DNA of 59,683 nucleotides, filler included. It is 5 parts of 5 records of this genome, joined end to end, with 100 filler letters (N's around TTAATTAATTAA, not from the genome) between each part and the next. Parts side by side here need not be neighbours in the genome. Positions count along the whole stretch, not along the records: positions 1 to 11,111 come from SRR2962707_1897; 4 more parts are not named here. One strand, written 5' to 3'. This document shows positions 1 to 9,332 of this stretch, piece after piece (the first letter of the stretch is position 1; each line of letters begins with the position of its first letter). Below the pieces are notes generated by a model, which was not told the origin of the DNA, searched no databases, and worked only from the letters and a program-made list of their open reading frames with translations. A program made the position numbers and the translations under genes.

Positions 1-1
1 G

Positions 2-1609
2 TGGCGCAAGTTGCTTGATAAGAAAGTCGAGGAACTGAACAAGAGCTCGAATTTCGGCTCACAAAACAAAGTGGTTCTTGGAAAAATTCAGCACATCTTG
101 GATCAGATCAATGCCGATGACAATGCCCGGATTATACGCGGACACTTAAACATCATTTTCTGGGATAAAAATCCCGCGAACCTCAGCCGCATCAGCTCTA
201 AAATTAAAACGGAGTTTAAGGAACTGGACATTATTCCTTATTACCCAAGAGGTGAGGAACGGAAGAATTATATTCTGAACAGCTACTGCTGTTTTTCTTC
301 TAATTTTTCGAATAATGACTTATATGTAACGGACCTGAAACACGCACTTTGCCTGTTCATTAACAACAGTAATTACAAATCAGATTCCACCGGAATCATA
401 TTTAACGATAGGGAACATAATATTCCTGTGCTTAAAGATGTCTGGGACGAGCAAAAAAAGCGCATTAAGGCACGAAATTTTGCCATTTTCGCCCCGACAG
501 GTGAAGGGAAATCTTTTTTGGCTAATAACATCCTGCGCCAATATTTTGAGAGTGATGTGCGCTTGGTCATTATCGATTTGGGTGGTTCGTATACCAAATT
601 TGCCAAACTTTATCCTGAACAATACACCGTACTCCGCTACGAAAGCGGAAAAAACTTGGGCATCAATCCATTTTATATTAGCGATACCAATGACCTGACA
701 CCGGAACGCCTTGAAGATTTGTCGGTATTTCTCTTTGAACTGTTTGCTTCTGATTTAAAGGTGACCAAGGCACAATCGGTTTCCGTAAAAAAGATATTAC
801 GCCATTATTACAATAGTGTTTTAGAAAATCACTCGCTGGATGGTTTTTACAACTTTATTGAAAGCAATCAGAAAGACCTTCATGATACGCTTAAAATCCA
901 TCCTGACTACTTCAATATTACCAGCTTCTTGCACGTAATGTCGGAGTATGTTGGCGATGGTCTATATAGTTTTCTGTTTGAAGTCAGCGAAGACCAGACT
1001 TACAAAATCGAGGATAAACGCCTTATTGTTTTTGAACTGGACGAAGTAAAGGATAATAAAGAAATTCTGTCCGTAATGTTGAAGCTGATCAAATCGGCTA
1101 TTCAACGAACCATCTGGAAGAATCGTGCTGAAAAAGGAATCATCCTGTTCGATGAGTTCGCCAAGCAACTGAAGTTTGAAAATGTATTGGAAAGTGTGGA
1201 GTTCTATTATCAAGCGATCCGGAAACAAAACGGTGCGATTGGCATCATCCTGCAATCCATCAATCAACTTCCCAACAATTCCACTTCCGCAAGTATTCTC
1301 GAAAACACCCAGGTCATTTATAGCTTAAACAATGAGAAAGGCTATGAAGAACTGGTCAAACGGCTCAACCTCTCTAGCCACGATTTGAATCAATTAAAGT
1401 CCATCAAGAATAACCTTTTCGGCTCAAGAAAGTATACTGAAATGTTTATCAAAATTGGAAAGGAAAGCAACATTTTCCGGTTGGAAGTTCCGAAAGAAGT
1501 ATATGCCGCTTACTTGACCGATGGACAGGAAAATGAGGCTATAATGGCCATTTATAAAAAGACACAAGATATGGAAATGGCTATAAAAGAATTCACCTCT
1601 AAAACATAA
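2..1609 (+). CDS. traG: TraG/VirB4 family conjugation ATPase (5' truncated)
   Basis: Walker A APTGEGKS, IIDLGGSY, Walker B ILFDEF, IRKQNG motif. Frame is open from the window start. Confidence 0.92.
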   Translation, partial: WRKLLDKKVEELNKSSNFGSQNKVVLGKIQHILDQINADDNARIIRGHLNIIFWDKNPANLSRISSKIKTEFKELDIIPYYPRGEERKNYILNSYCCFSSNFSNNDLYVTDLKHALCLFINNSNYKSDSTGIIFNDREHNIPVLKDVWDEQKKRIKARNFAIFAPTGEGKSFLANNILRQYFESDVRLVIIDLGGSYTKFAKLYPEQYTVLRYESGKNLGINPFYISDTNDLTPERLEDLSVFLFELFASDLKVTKAQSVSVKKILRHYYNSVLENHSLDGFYNFIESNQKDLHDTLKIHPDYFNITSFLHVMSEYVGDGLYSFLFEVSEDQTYKIEDKRLIVFELDEVKDNKEILSVMLKLIKSAIQRTIWKNRAEKGIILFDEFAKQLKFENVLESVEFYYQAIRKQNGAIGIILQSINQLPNNSTSASILENTQVIYSLNNEKGYEELVKRLNLSSHDLNQLKSIKNNLFGSRKYTEMFIKIGKESNIFRLEVPKEVYAAYLTDGQENEAIMAIYKKTQDMEMAIKEFTSKT

Positions 1610-1613
1610 TATT

Positions 1614-2189
1614 ATGAAGACAAAAATTTTAATCGTTGCAACAGTAATCATCCTTTTCTTGCCTACACGCGCTGCGTGCCAAGGGATGCCCGTTTATGAC
1701 AATACCAACTTTGTAAGCTTGGTAAAATCACTTGTTGAGTCTGCAAAACAGACTTCCAATCTTGTAAAGACCGTAAAATTTCTGAAAAATCAAAAGGAAA
1801 ACCTTGAAAAGGTCAATAATGTCGTGAAGCAATTAAAAGCAGTGCAAGAAATAGGACAAAACAATCAGCGGCTCATCAATGTGATGCAAAATGACCTTCA
1901 GGATATTTTAAACTCTCCCTATATCAAACCCGATGAGATTAACCGGGTCACGGAATCCTTCAACAGCATCATAGATAATTCTTTGGAAACAATGGATTTT
2001 ATTGACCAGGTATTGTCCAGCGATTACCTAAAAATGAGTGACGCCGATCGCGCTGAAATCCTAAAGCAAAAAGAAATGGAATCGAAGGAAATGGTCTCCA
2101 ACATAAGGGTGAAAACCAAACGTTACCGGGAGATTATTTCCTTTCGAAAAATGCAGGATAAAATCAATAACAGGGAAACAGGATATTGA
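1614..2189 (+). CDS. Exported conjugal transfer protein (DUF4141/TraI-like)
   Basis: Signal peptide followed by QGMPVYDN, helical coiled-coil, located between traG and traJ. Confidence 0.7.
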   Translation: MKTKILIVATVIILFLPTRAACQGMPVYDNTNFVSLVKSLVESAKQTSNLVKTVKFLKNQKENLEKVNNVVKQLKAVQEIGQNNQRLINVMQNDLQDILNSPYIKPDEINRVTESFNSIIDNSLETMDFIDQVLSSDYLKMSDADRAEILKQKEMESKEMVSNIRVKTKRYREIISFRKMQDKINNRETGY

Positions 2190-3034
2190 TGATGAATGCG
2201 GTAATTATTTTAGGAATTGGTCTTGAATATGTGGACACCGTTTTTCAGACCATTCAAAACAGTGATTTTTCCCAATATACCATTGGCGGAATGAAAACCC
2301 TTGCGGTACTTTTCTTCCTGATTAATATTCTAAAAAAATATAATGAGGGCGTAGCTGATAAAGATGGCTATACTTGGGGATTGAGCCCGGCGGAACTCGC
2401 CAAGAATTTTGCGGTTGTCGTCTTAGTTATTTTTTCCACACAAGTATTGGGCTTTTTTGATAGTATTCTTGTTTCCATCGAAGGACAATATAGAGACACA
2501 GCTCCCGCTTTGCTCCCCTTGCAGATGCAAGATATTCCTATTGAAGAAGATGTAAGTCTAATAGATGCTGCTAAAAATGCAATGACATTGCTTTATGAAG
2601 CTCTAGTTACACCATTATATGGTTTCAAGTTAATCGCCTTTGTCGGAGGTGTTATTTTGTGGATTCTTGATTTATTTATCTATCCATTATTCTTGGCTGA
2701 GCGCTTTTTCCTTCTCGGGATAATGCAGGCATTTTTCCCGTTGGTTATCAGCCTGGCCGTTTTTGAAAAATTCCGCTCACTAGCGTATACATTTTTTAAG
2801 CTCTATGCTGCGGTCTATATGTTAGTTCCCGCCTTCTTTCTGGTCAATGTTTTTGTCAATGCGCTCTATACCGAAATCAATACTAATTTTTGGACAAACC
2901 TATTTGGTTCAGATGTCAGTCAGGGAATTTTCGCCCCTGTAGTACAACTCGGGTCAATAGGGTTCATTGTTTTTCTGAAGTTCAAATTGTACCGCCGTGC
3001 GACTTCCTTTACCCTTAGATTATTTACCAATTAA
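2186..3034 (+). CDS. traJ: TraJ/VirB6-like polytopic membrane protein
   Basis: Multiple TM segments and position directly before traK. Confidence 0.7.
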   Translation: MMMNAVIILGIGLEYVDTVFQTIQNSDFSQYTIGGMKTLAVLFFLINILKKYNEGVADKDGYTWGLSPAELAKNFAVVVLVIFSTQVLGFFDSILVSIEGQYRDTAPALLPLQMQDIPIEEDVSLIDAAKNAMTLLYEALVTPLYGFKLIAFVGGVILWILDLFIYPLFLAERFFLLGIMQAFFPLVISLAVFEKFRSLAYTFFKLYAAVYMLVPAFFLVNVFVNALYTEINTNFWTNLFGSDVSQGIFAPVVQLGSIGFIVFLKFKLYRRATSFTLRLFTN

Positions 3035-3044
3035 TTAATGCTCA

Positions 3045-3683
3045 ATGAAAACATATTATAAAAATATCTATACTGTTTTAAAACTGAACCGATTCATCGT
3101 TTTAGCTTTGATCGTGTGCAGCTTGCTTTCCAATATTTTTGCTTTATGGATGGCATTCTCAACTCACAAAAAAGCCCTGAACAATGCTTTTGCCATCAAC
3201 ACCGATGGCAGTATCATCCCACTAAAGCTTGTTACCCAAAAAGAAAACTTTAAAGTAGAGGCTTTAGCACATTTAAAGCTCTTCCATAATTATTTCTACA
3301 ATATTGACGCAAGCAATTATGAAAAGAATTTAGAAAAGGCACTGTGGCTGGGCAATAGCACTGTGGATAATTTATATCGCCAAAAGAAGGCAGATGGTGT
3401 TTACAATCGACTTTTGCAATATTCCCTAGTTCAAAAAGTACTGCGTATTGATTCCCAGATCGAAGAACAAAATGGAACTTATTCCTTCAAAACGGTTACT
3501 GTTTTTGAGATCAACCGGGGGTCGATCATCGACAGATATCAATTGGTTTCTACCGGAAACCTGATTATCGTAGATCGAAACTTTCCCAACAATCCTCACG
3601 GATTGCTAATCACCGATTACTTCGAAAAATCCCTTAAAAAACTAAATGATGAAAACGATAATAGGTATTTAAAAAACCAATGA
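3045..3683 (+). CDS. traK: TraK/VirB8-like protein
   Basis: N-terminal TM helix, HLKLFHNYFY, C-terminal RNFPNNPHGLLI motif. Confidence 0.88.
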   Translation: MKTYYKNIYTVLKLNRFIVLALIVCSLLSNIFALWMAFSTHKKALNNAFAINTDGSIIPLKLVTQKENFKVEALAHLKLFHNYFYNIDASNYEKNLEKALWLGNSTVDNLYRQKKADGVYNRLLQYSLVQKVLRIDSQIEEQNGTYSFKTVTVFEINRGSIIDRYQLVSTGNLIIVDRNFPNNPHGLLITDYFEKSLKKLNDENDNRYLKNQ

Positions 3684-4615
3684 TTATGAAGATAGAAAAA
3701 AATAAAATAGTCTTTGCGGCAGTACTTGCCGTAGTCGTCATTTTCCTGATTTCCTACTCTATTCTGGTAATGGGCAATGATGAAAATGAGCATACAAACC
3801 TTAAAGAAACGTCCGTTCCCGCACTGGAAGAAGACCAAAAGGAATACGATTCCAAACTGGATGCCATCAACGATCTAAAAGAAGTGCGTGAAACCAATGC
3901 GCCCAGCATCTATGATGAAAAACTGATTGATTCACTTGGTTTTTACGATGAAAACTTCGCCGATAAGGAAAAAGAACGTATTGTAGATAGTATCTACTCC
4001 GCAGGGAAAATCAAGTATTCCAAACAAAATTATCAGCATATTGGTGATAGGAAAGCTTCTCCCAAAGTTGAAAAAGTTGTGGACTCTGCAGAAATAAAAG
4101 CGGAACAAAAAATTGCTGCTAAAGAAATGGGACTGGAACACCAGTTGTTTTTTGCCTCAGATCCAAAAGAAAGTGATATTTCAATTTCCGGTAGTACCGA
4201 TGCATTGATTTACGCCGTTGTGGATGGCGACCAAGTGGTCAAAGCCAATTCCCGTTTACGGATGCGCCTGACCAAAGCGGCTACTATCAATAGCAAACAG
4301 ATTCCAACAAATACACCTATTTACGGTTTTATTAGTTTTCAGCCCAACCGGGTCTTGATAGAAATCGAAAACATAAAGAATCATCCAACCAAATTAAAAG
4401 CATTTGACCTTCAAGACGGAAGCGAAGGTGTTTATGTAGAAAATAACTTTCGAGCCCAAGTTTCAACCGAGGTCATCGGAGATATGGTAGATGATATCAA
4501 TATCGCCGGTGTGCCACAAGTAGGTGGTTTCAAAAAGATATTCCAGCGCAATAACCGCAATATTAAGGTTACCGTGCTCAACAATTACAGGCTCATCCTG
4601 AAGCCTAAGTTATAG
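3680..4615 (+). CDS. traM: TraM conjugative transposon protein
   Basis: N-terminal TM helix, AVVDGDQVVKANSRLRMRL and AFDLQDGSEGVYV motifs. Confidence 0.88.
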   Translation: MIMKIEKNKIVFAAVLAVVVIFLISYSILVMGNDENEHTNLKETSVPALEEDQKEYDSKLDAINDLKEVRETNAPSIYDEKLIDSLGFYDENFADKEKERIVDSIYSAGKIKYSKQNYQHIGDRKASPKVEKVVDSAEIKAEQKIAAKEMGLEHQLFFASDPKESDISISGSTDALIYAVVDGDQVVKANSRLRMRLTKAATINSKQIPTNTPIYGFISFQPNRVLIEIENIKNHPTKLKAFDLQDGSEGVYVENNFRAQVSTEVIGDMVDDINIAGVPQVGGFKKIFQRNNRNIKVTVLNNYRLILKPKL

Positions 4616-4642
4616 ACTCAAAACAACATTAAACCTATTCTT

Positions 4643-5476
4643 ATGAAGAATTTTATTTTTATTTCACTATCCCTGCTTGTTACTGTTATGATGACGGCAC
4701 AAACATCTTTTCACCTTGATACCATTTATGCTAATGATCAAAAAAATGTAGCACTGTTCTTCCCAGAACCTATCCGGCAGGGAATAACAGGATCTGAAAA
4801 TTATGCCTTTACCTATAATCGTGAGAAAGGGCAATATTTCGGATTGCTCCAGGCAAAACCCGGGAAAGAAAGTAACCTTCTGGTTGTCAACAAAAATGGC
4901 GCTGTTTTTTCGTATATTGTAAAGTATAGGAAAAAACTAAATCGGCTGAATTATTTTATACCAACGTCTAAAAGCATCGGTAATGAAAAGCCTCTTGTTG
5001 CTGATTCAACTACTATTGCTAAACGTGAAGACACAATAGATAACAGAACATTTTATTACAATAAATTCTGTTCTTATCTAATTGGTCGAAAAAAACGGAT
5101 TGGCCGAATAAAAAAACGAAACGAAGGCATCGTATTGCGTGTGGAGAATATTATTTTTGATAAGGAAGAGCTTTATTTCGTGATTCAGGTTGAAAACAAA
5201 TCTTCGTTGGATTACGATCTTAACTTTCTGAAATTATCAGTTGAGACAAGAAAAAAGGGTAATAAGAAGTCTTTACAACGGCTTTATCAAGAACCGATTT
5301 TTAAATATAATTTGCCCTCAAAAGTAAAAGAAAACAAATCTGTAAGATTGGTTTACGTATTGCCAAAATTCTCAATAGGAAATGATCGCAGAGCGGTTTT
5401 AGAACTCAATGAGAAGAACGGGGAAAGGAACTTAAAATTAAAGATATCACATAGATTTATCAATAACCCAAATTAA
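4643..5476 (+). CDS. traN: TraN / DUF4138 protein
   Basis: Signal peptide, LFFPEPIRQG, C-terminal ELNEKNGERNL motif. Confidence 0.85.
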   Translation: MKNFIFISLSLLVTVMMTAQTSFHLDTIYANDQKNVALFFPEPIRQGITGSENYAFTYNREKGQYFGLLQAKPGKESNLLVVNKNGAVFSYIVKYRKKLNRLNYFIPTSKSIGNEKPLVADSTTIAKREDTIDNRTFYYNKFCSYLIGRKKRIGRIKKRNEGIVLRVENIIFDKEELYFVIQVENKSSLDYDLNFLKLSVETRKKGNKKSLQRLYQEPIFKYNLPSKVKENKSVRLVYVLPKFSIGNDRRAVLELNEKNGERNLKLKISHRFINNPN

Positions 5477-5483
5477 CATTGTT

Positions 5484-5849
5484 ATGAAAAAAATAGCAGT
5501 TTTTTCTTTAGTAGTATTATTTCTCTCTTGTGCCGGAAAACAAGATTTATCACCTTCAGAAACCGCCAAAATCGTCGCTGAAAGTTTTTATCACGGTGAT
5601 AAGACAACTTTAAAGGAATATACTACAGAGTCCGGGTATGCAAATCTTTCCAGTATACAAGAAATGTTTACCGAGGATAAAAATTCTGAACCTGATTTTA
5701 AGGTCGTGGATGAACAAAAAGAAGGTGAGATAACCTGGATTAAGTATTCAACATCCTACGACCCAAAACCAGGTATTTTTAAACTGGTCGAGGAAAATGG
5801 CCAATGGAAGGTTACCCATAATGGACCAAAAGATAGAGGACCCTTTTAG
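5484..5849 (+). CDS. Small lipoprotein (DUF4878/NTF2-like)
   Basis: Lipobox LFLSC, SPSETAK, LVEENGQWKV. Confidence 0.7.
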   Translation: MKKIAVFSLVVLFLSCAGKQDLSPSETAKIVAESFYHGDKTTLKEYTTESGYANLSSIQEMFTEDKNSEPDFKVVDEQKEGEITWIKYSTSYDPKPGIFKLVEENGQWKVTHNGPKDRGPF

Positions 5850-5933
5850 AGATAGTAGTCCTATGATAAGCTATCGTTAAAACTTGCAAAAGTTTCACTA
5901 TTATAATATAGTATTGCTTAACAAGCAATATTA

Positions 5934-7034
5934 TCAAATGTTATCTGGATGTATGAAAACTAAATTGTCTTTTTTAGTTATTTCATCCATTAAACTTTCT
6001 TTCAAATCACTTCCCTCTTCGTTTGATAGTTTTAATGTTATTTGTTTAGATTTAGGATCTTCTGTTGCCTTATATGGGAAGTCGTTAATCTTATCTCCTT
6101 GATGAAAATTAGTTAAAGCTGTATGATGAATATAAATATCTATAGCAGAATCGGTTCTATATAATATTACCGAATATATTTCTTCTGGAAGTTCAACATC
6201 ATCAGCTAAATCAAAACATAATAATTTTTTCTTAAGTCCTTCACTACATTCACAACGTATCGTAGTACCTAGTAGTAATTTTTTATTCTTTTTTGCTATT
6301 TCATTAAAAATAAAATCTTGGGCAAAATCATCGATGACATCGTCTTCAATATCTCCTGTTAGATTATGTGTAGTAGCTCCACTTGGGCTTTTGATTTTTT
6401 TAATATTTGAAGTTTCTGGGAGTGTTAAATCATTATCTTGAAAGACATCATCAATTGAGGACATTCTATAATTTCCACCTCCACAAAAAGCTTTATAAAA
6501 TTGGTCATCGTTAGTCAGAAAAATAGTATGTTCCTCTTTTAAAAATTCTTGTGGATAAACACTGGACAGTAGAACTAAGCTATCCTCTTTAGAAAGACGT
6601 GATGATAATACTAAATCTTGATGTGGAAGCCAAAGTGCTTGATGTAAAATGTTTTCATCATAAATAATCTCGAAATCATCATTGAGCTTTTTCAATTCTT
6701 CCTCAATAGTATTTTTGATATCAGAGTAGCATTCGGAATAGTCTAGTTCTGGAGCCTTAAATTCATTGCGATATTTAAGAGCAGAACTAAAATTCATATT
6801 CCCTTTTGTGGATTTATAGAGTGTTCTCAGATAGTGTTCTAACTTCCTAATTCCAATATATTCATAAGTGACAAATCTTGAACACACAATATCTACAAAA
6901 GGAGAGTTAGTAAGGTTTTTAAAAAATCTCGTAAAACTCGGATAACTATCATCTATTAGGTATGCTAATAATTGAGTATCTACCGCAATTTTAATTTTGA
7001 AAACTGGATCTACATAAGGTTGGTTTAAAGACAT
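5934..7034 (-). CDS. PIN-domain putative ribonuclease with uncharacterised C-terminal domain
   Basis: PIN acidic-residue pattern: IAVDTQLL, YEY, EDSLVLLS, FLTNDDQF. About 170 further residues of unknown fold. Confidence 0.72.
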   Translation of the reverse strand: MSLNQPYVDPVFKIKIAVDTQLLAYLIDDSYPSFTRFFKNLTNSPFVDIVCSRFVTYEYIGIRKLEHYLRTLYKSTKGNMNFSSALKYRNEFKAPELDYSECYSDIKNTIEEELKKLNDDFEIIYDENILHQALWLPHQDLVLSSRLSKEDSLVLLSSVYPQEFLKEEHTIFLTNDDQFYKAFCGGGNYRMSSIDDVFQDNDLTLPETSNIKKIKSPSGATTHNLTGDIEDDVIDDFAQDFIFNEIAKKNKKLLLGTTIRCECSEGLKKKLLCFDLADDVELPEEIYSVILYRTDSAIDIYIHHTALTNFHQGDKINDFPYKATEDPKSKQITLKLSNEEGSDLKESLMDEITKKDNLVFIHPDNI

Positions 7035-7038
7035 AATA

Positions 7039-8319
7039 TTACTGAAGATTAGCTTCTACAAATTTCACATCTATCTCGTTAATAGATTCAGAGTCAGCTG
7101 CTCTTTCTAATAAAAAGTAAAGTTTTCGAAGAGCTAACCTTGGCAATTCTCCTGTAATCTTATTAACCATTTGAATTGCTTCTTCAGTAAAAGGAGTGAG
7201 CGAATCACTATTTTCTCTACTTAAGTTAAGATAGTTTAATACTAAAATTTTCATTTGTGCCGTAGATAATCTTTCTATATTAATCTCCCGATCAGTAAGA
7301 CGATCAGCAAGAGGAGGTGAAATTTTTTGGATATCCTCTAAGGCTGTACGGGTCAAAGCGATTAAAAGACACCATCTTCTTTCCTTATCAATTAAAGCTC
7401 TTAGATTGTATGCGTAAGTATCACTCTCTTTTTTTGTTAAACGCCCTGAAGTAATATCTTCAAATTCATCAACTAATAAATAGAATCTTTCAAAACCCTG
7501 ATCCTGTACAATATCAATGATTGCATTAAGCAATTTAACTACTTTGTTGTTTAGGTATTTACCACTCCCTGATGTTATCGTCTCCCAAGTTTTACTTATA
7601 CCGAAATCTTCAGAAATTAAATTATAGAAGTAATCGGCTATAACCGCATCTTGATTCCTTTCTTCTAGTATACTTAGAATTATATGTTTTAATGTATTAT
7701 TCAATTCAGCCCTCTTTGACCTGCTATTTATTTGCTTGATAAATGCATCTAAAAAAGCTTTATGGTTGGCTTCATTTTCAATAGAAAATGGATCATTAGA
7801 TTTTCCGAACATATCACCTTGAGGGCTTGCGAGGAACTTTTCAAGATCAGCTTTATATGTATTCTTTGGTTTTTTAATTTCATCAAGAACCTGAGTCCAA
7901 AGATATTTTTTAAATTGCTCCTGCCCGATTTTTTCAATTATAGATCCTATAAGCTGCGGTAAATTTGTTCCAGGATTATTAATGTAAATAGCAAAAGCTT
8001 TTTTACTTTCGTTCTGAATTATTGATTTTGCATATAATAATAATTGTGTTTTCCCTGTACCATAATCTCCTGTTATCGTTCCAATTAATTTTTGATCTTT
8101 TTTAGAACTTGCATATAGCGAATCAGCAATATAATCAACAATTTCTTTATGTACTTTTTCATCTATTGGAGCAAGTGCGACTGTTTGATCAGATGATTCG
8201 TTGATATTTGCTGTGCCAGATTTAGGAAAAGGATTGGATTTAAGTCCAAACTTAGAATAACGGTCTTTCTGAGACTGTTGAGCTCTATCTTTCAAAATTT
8301 TATTTACGTCTATACTCAT
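7039..8319 (-). CDS. P-loop AAA+-like ATPase (BrxD/Orc1-Cdc6-like)
   Basis: N-terminal GLKSNPFP, Walker A GDYGTGKT, Walker B LLVDEFE, arginine finger LADRL, C-terminal PFTEEAI and GELPR lid. Confidence 0.85.
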   Translation of the reverse strand: MSIDVNKILKDRAQQSQKDRYSKFGLKSNPFPKSGTANINESSDQTVALAPIDEKVHKEIVDYIADSLYASSKKDQKLIGTITGDYGTGKTQLLLYAKSIIQNESKKAFAIYINNPGTNLPQLIGSIIEKIGQEQFKKYLWTQVLDEIKKPKNTYKADLEKFLASPQGDMFGKSNDPFSIENEANHKAFLDAFIKQINSRSKRAELNNTLKHIILSILEERNQDAVIADYFYNLISEDFGISKTWETITSGSGKYLNNKVVKLLNAIIDIVQDQGFERFYLLVDEFEDITSGRLTKKESDTYAYNLRALIDKERRWCLLIALTRTALEDIQKISPPLADRLTDREINIERLSTAQMKILVLNYLNLSRENSDSLTPFTEEAIQMVNKITGELPRLALRKLYFLLERAADSESINEIDVKFVEANLQ

Positions 8320-9332
8320 TTTCTTACTATAATATGTGACACATAACTATTATCTATCAATGGATATAGATATGTAGCCGATTTTATTTGTTCACTTTTA
8401 TTCTTGCCTTTAACGATAAATACCGCTGACGTTCTTTCATAAGTAAATTTATCATTGAATTGAATTTCATTAATTAGAAAAGATTTTATCTCATCAACTG
8501 CATAGTGAAAATTTTGACATATACTAAAAATTAGTTCTGGTAAAGAGATTTGTCTTTGATACTGGAAATGTTTTTGAGTAAACTTCATTAAATCGAAATT
8601 CTTGAAAGGCCTTATAAAGTAAGTACAAGTGATTTCTCTATTTTCAAAAGTTTTAATATTTACTGAATTTAGATTGAATTTTTCAATGAAGTTAAGTGTT
8701 GTACCCCATTTATAAAAAACTTCAATAAACCGCATTAGATGAGAGTCTTTTGGAGGAATCACATATACTTTCGACACATCCTCTAGAGAGAATAAGAATT
8801 TATTAAAAAATTTACCTTCCTTTATTGCATACATAAGACGGGACTTTTCTATTAAGTCTTGTATAGTTACCTCATTAATATCTAATTGTTTTTTAGAATC
8901 GGAAATTAGATACCAAGTGGCTATCTCTTTAAACCTAAAGAACTCAAAAAATATGTCTTTGAAATCTTGCAAATCTTCATCGGATAATTTATTTCCTAAA
9001 GCAGAATTAATGAAAATATTTTTCTGGACTTTATAATTACCATTAATGAGTCCAAAATTTTTTATTGCATTGACATATTCTAATATTTTTCTTTCAGACC
9101 ATTCTTTACTTAGATCTTCAGTTATTTTAAGATATTCATACCTTATAAACTTATTATTTAAATCTTCAGTTTTATTTTTTTTTATTATTAGATAAATATC
9201 CCTTATGGGTTTTAAATAGTAGATATTTGAAAATGACCACCCTTTATTATAATACTGATATACTTCTTTATCAGTAAGAAATGGTAAAACTTCCTCGGGA
9301 AATAAGCTAATATTAGGTAATCTTTTAATCAA
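8316..9332 (-). CDS. Hypothetical protein, probable tandem winged-helix DNA-recognition protein
   Basis: 338 aa ORF overlapping both neighbours. EYVNAIKNFGLI and FYKWGTTLNFI resemble wHTH recognition-helix/wing signatures. The fold is an inference. Confidence 0.5.
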   Translation of the reverse strand: MIKRLPNISLFPEEVLPFLTDKEVYQYYNKGWSFSNIYYLKPIRDIYLIIKKNKTEDLNNKFIRYEYLKITEDLSKEWSERKILEYVNAIKNFGLINGNYKVQKNIFINSALGNKLSDEDLQDFKDIFFEFFRFKEIATWYLISDSKKQLDINEVTIQDLIEKSRLMYAIKEGKFFNKFLFSLEDVSKVYVIPPKDSHLMRFIEVFYKWGTTLNFIEKFNLNSVNIKTFENREITCTYFIRPFKNFDLMKFTQKHFQYQRQISLPELIFSICQNFHYAVDEIKSFLINEIQFNDKFTYERTSAVFIVKGKNKSEQIKSATYLYPLIDNSYVSHIIVRK

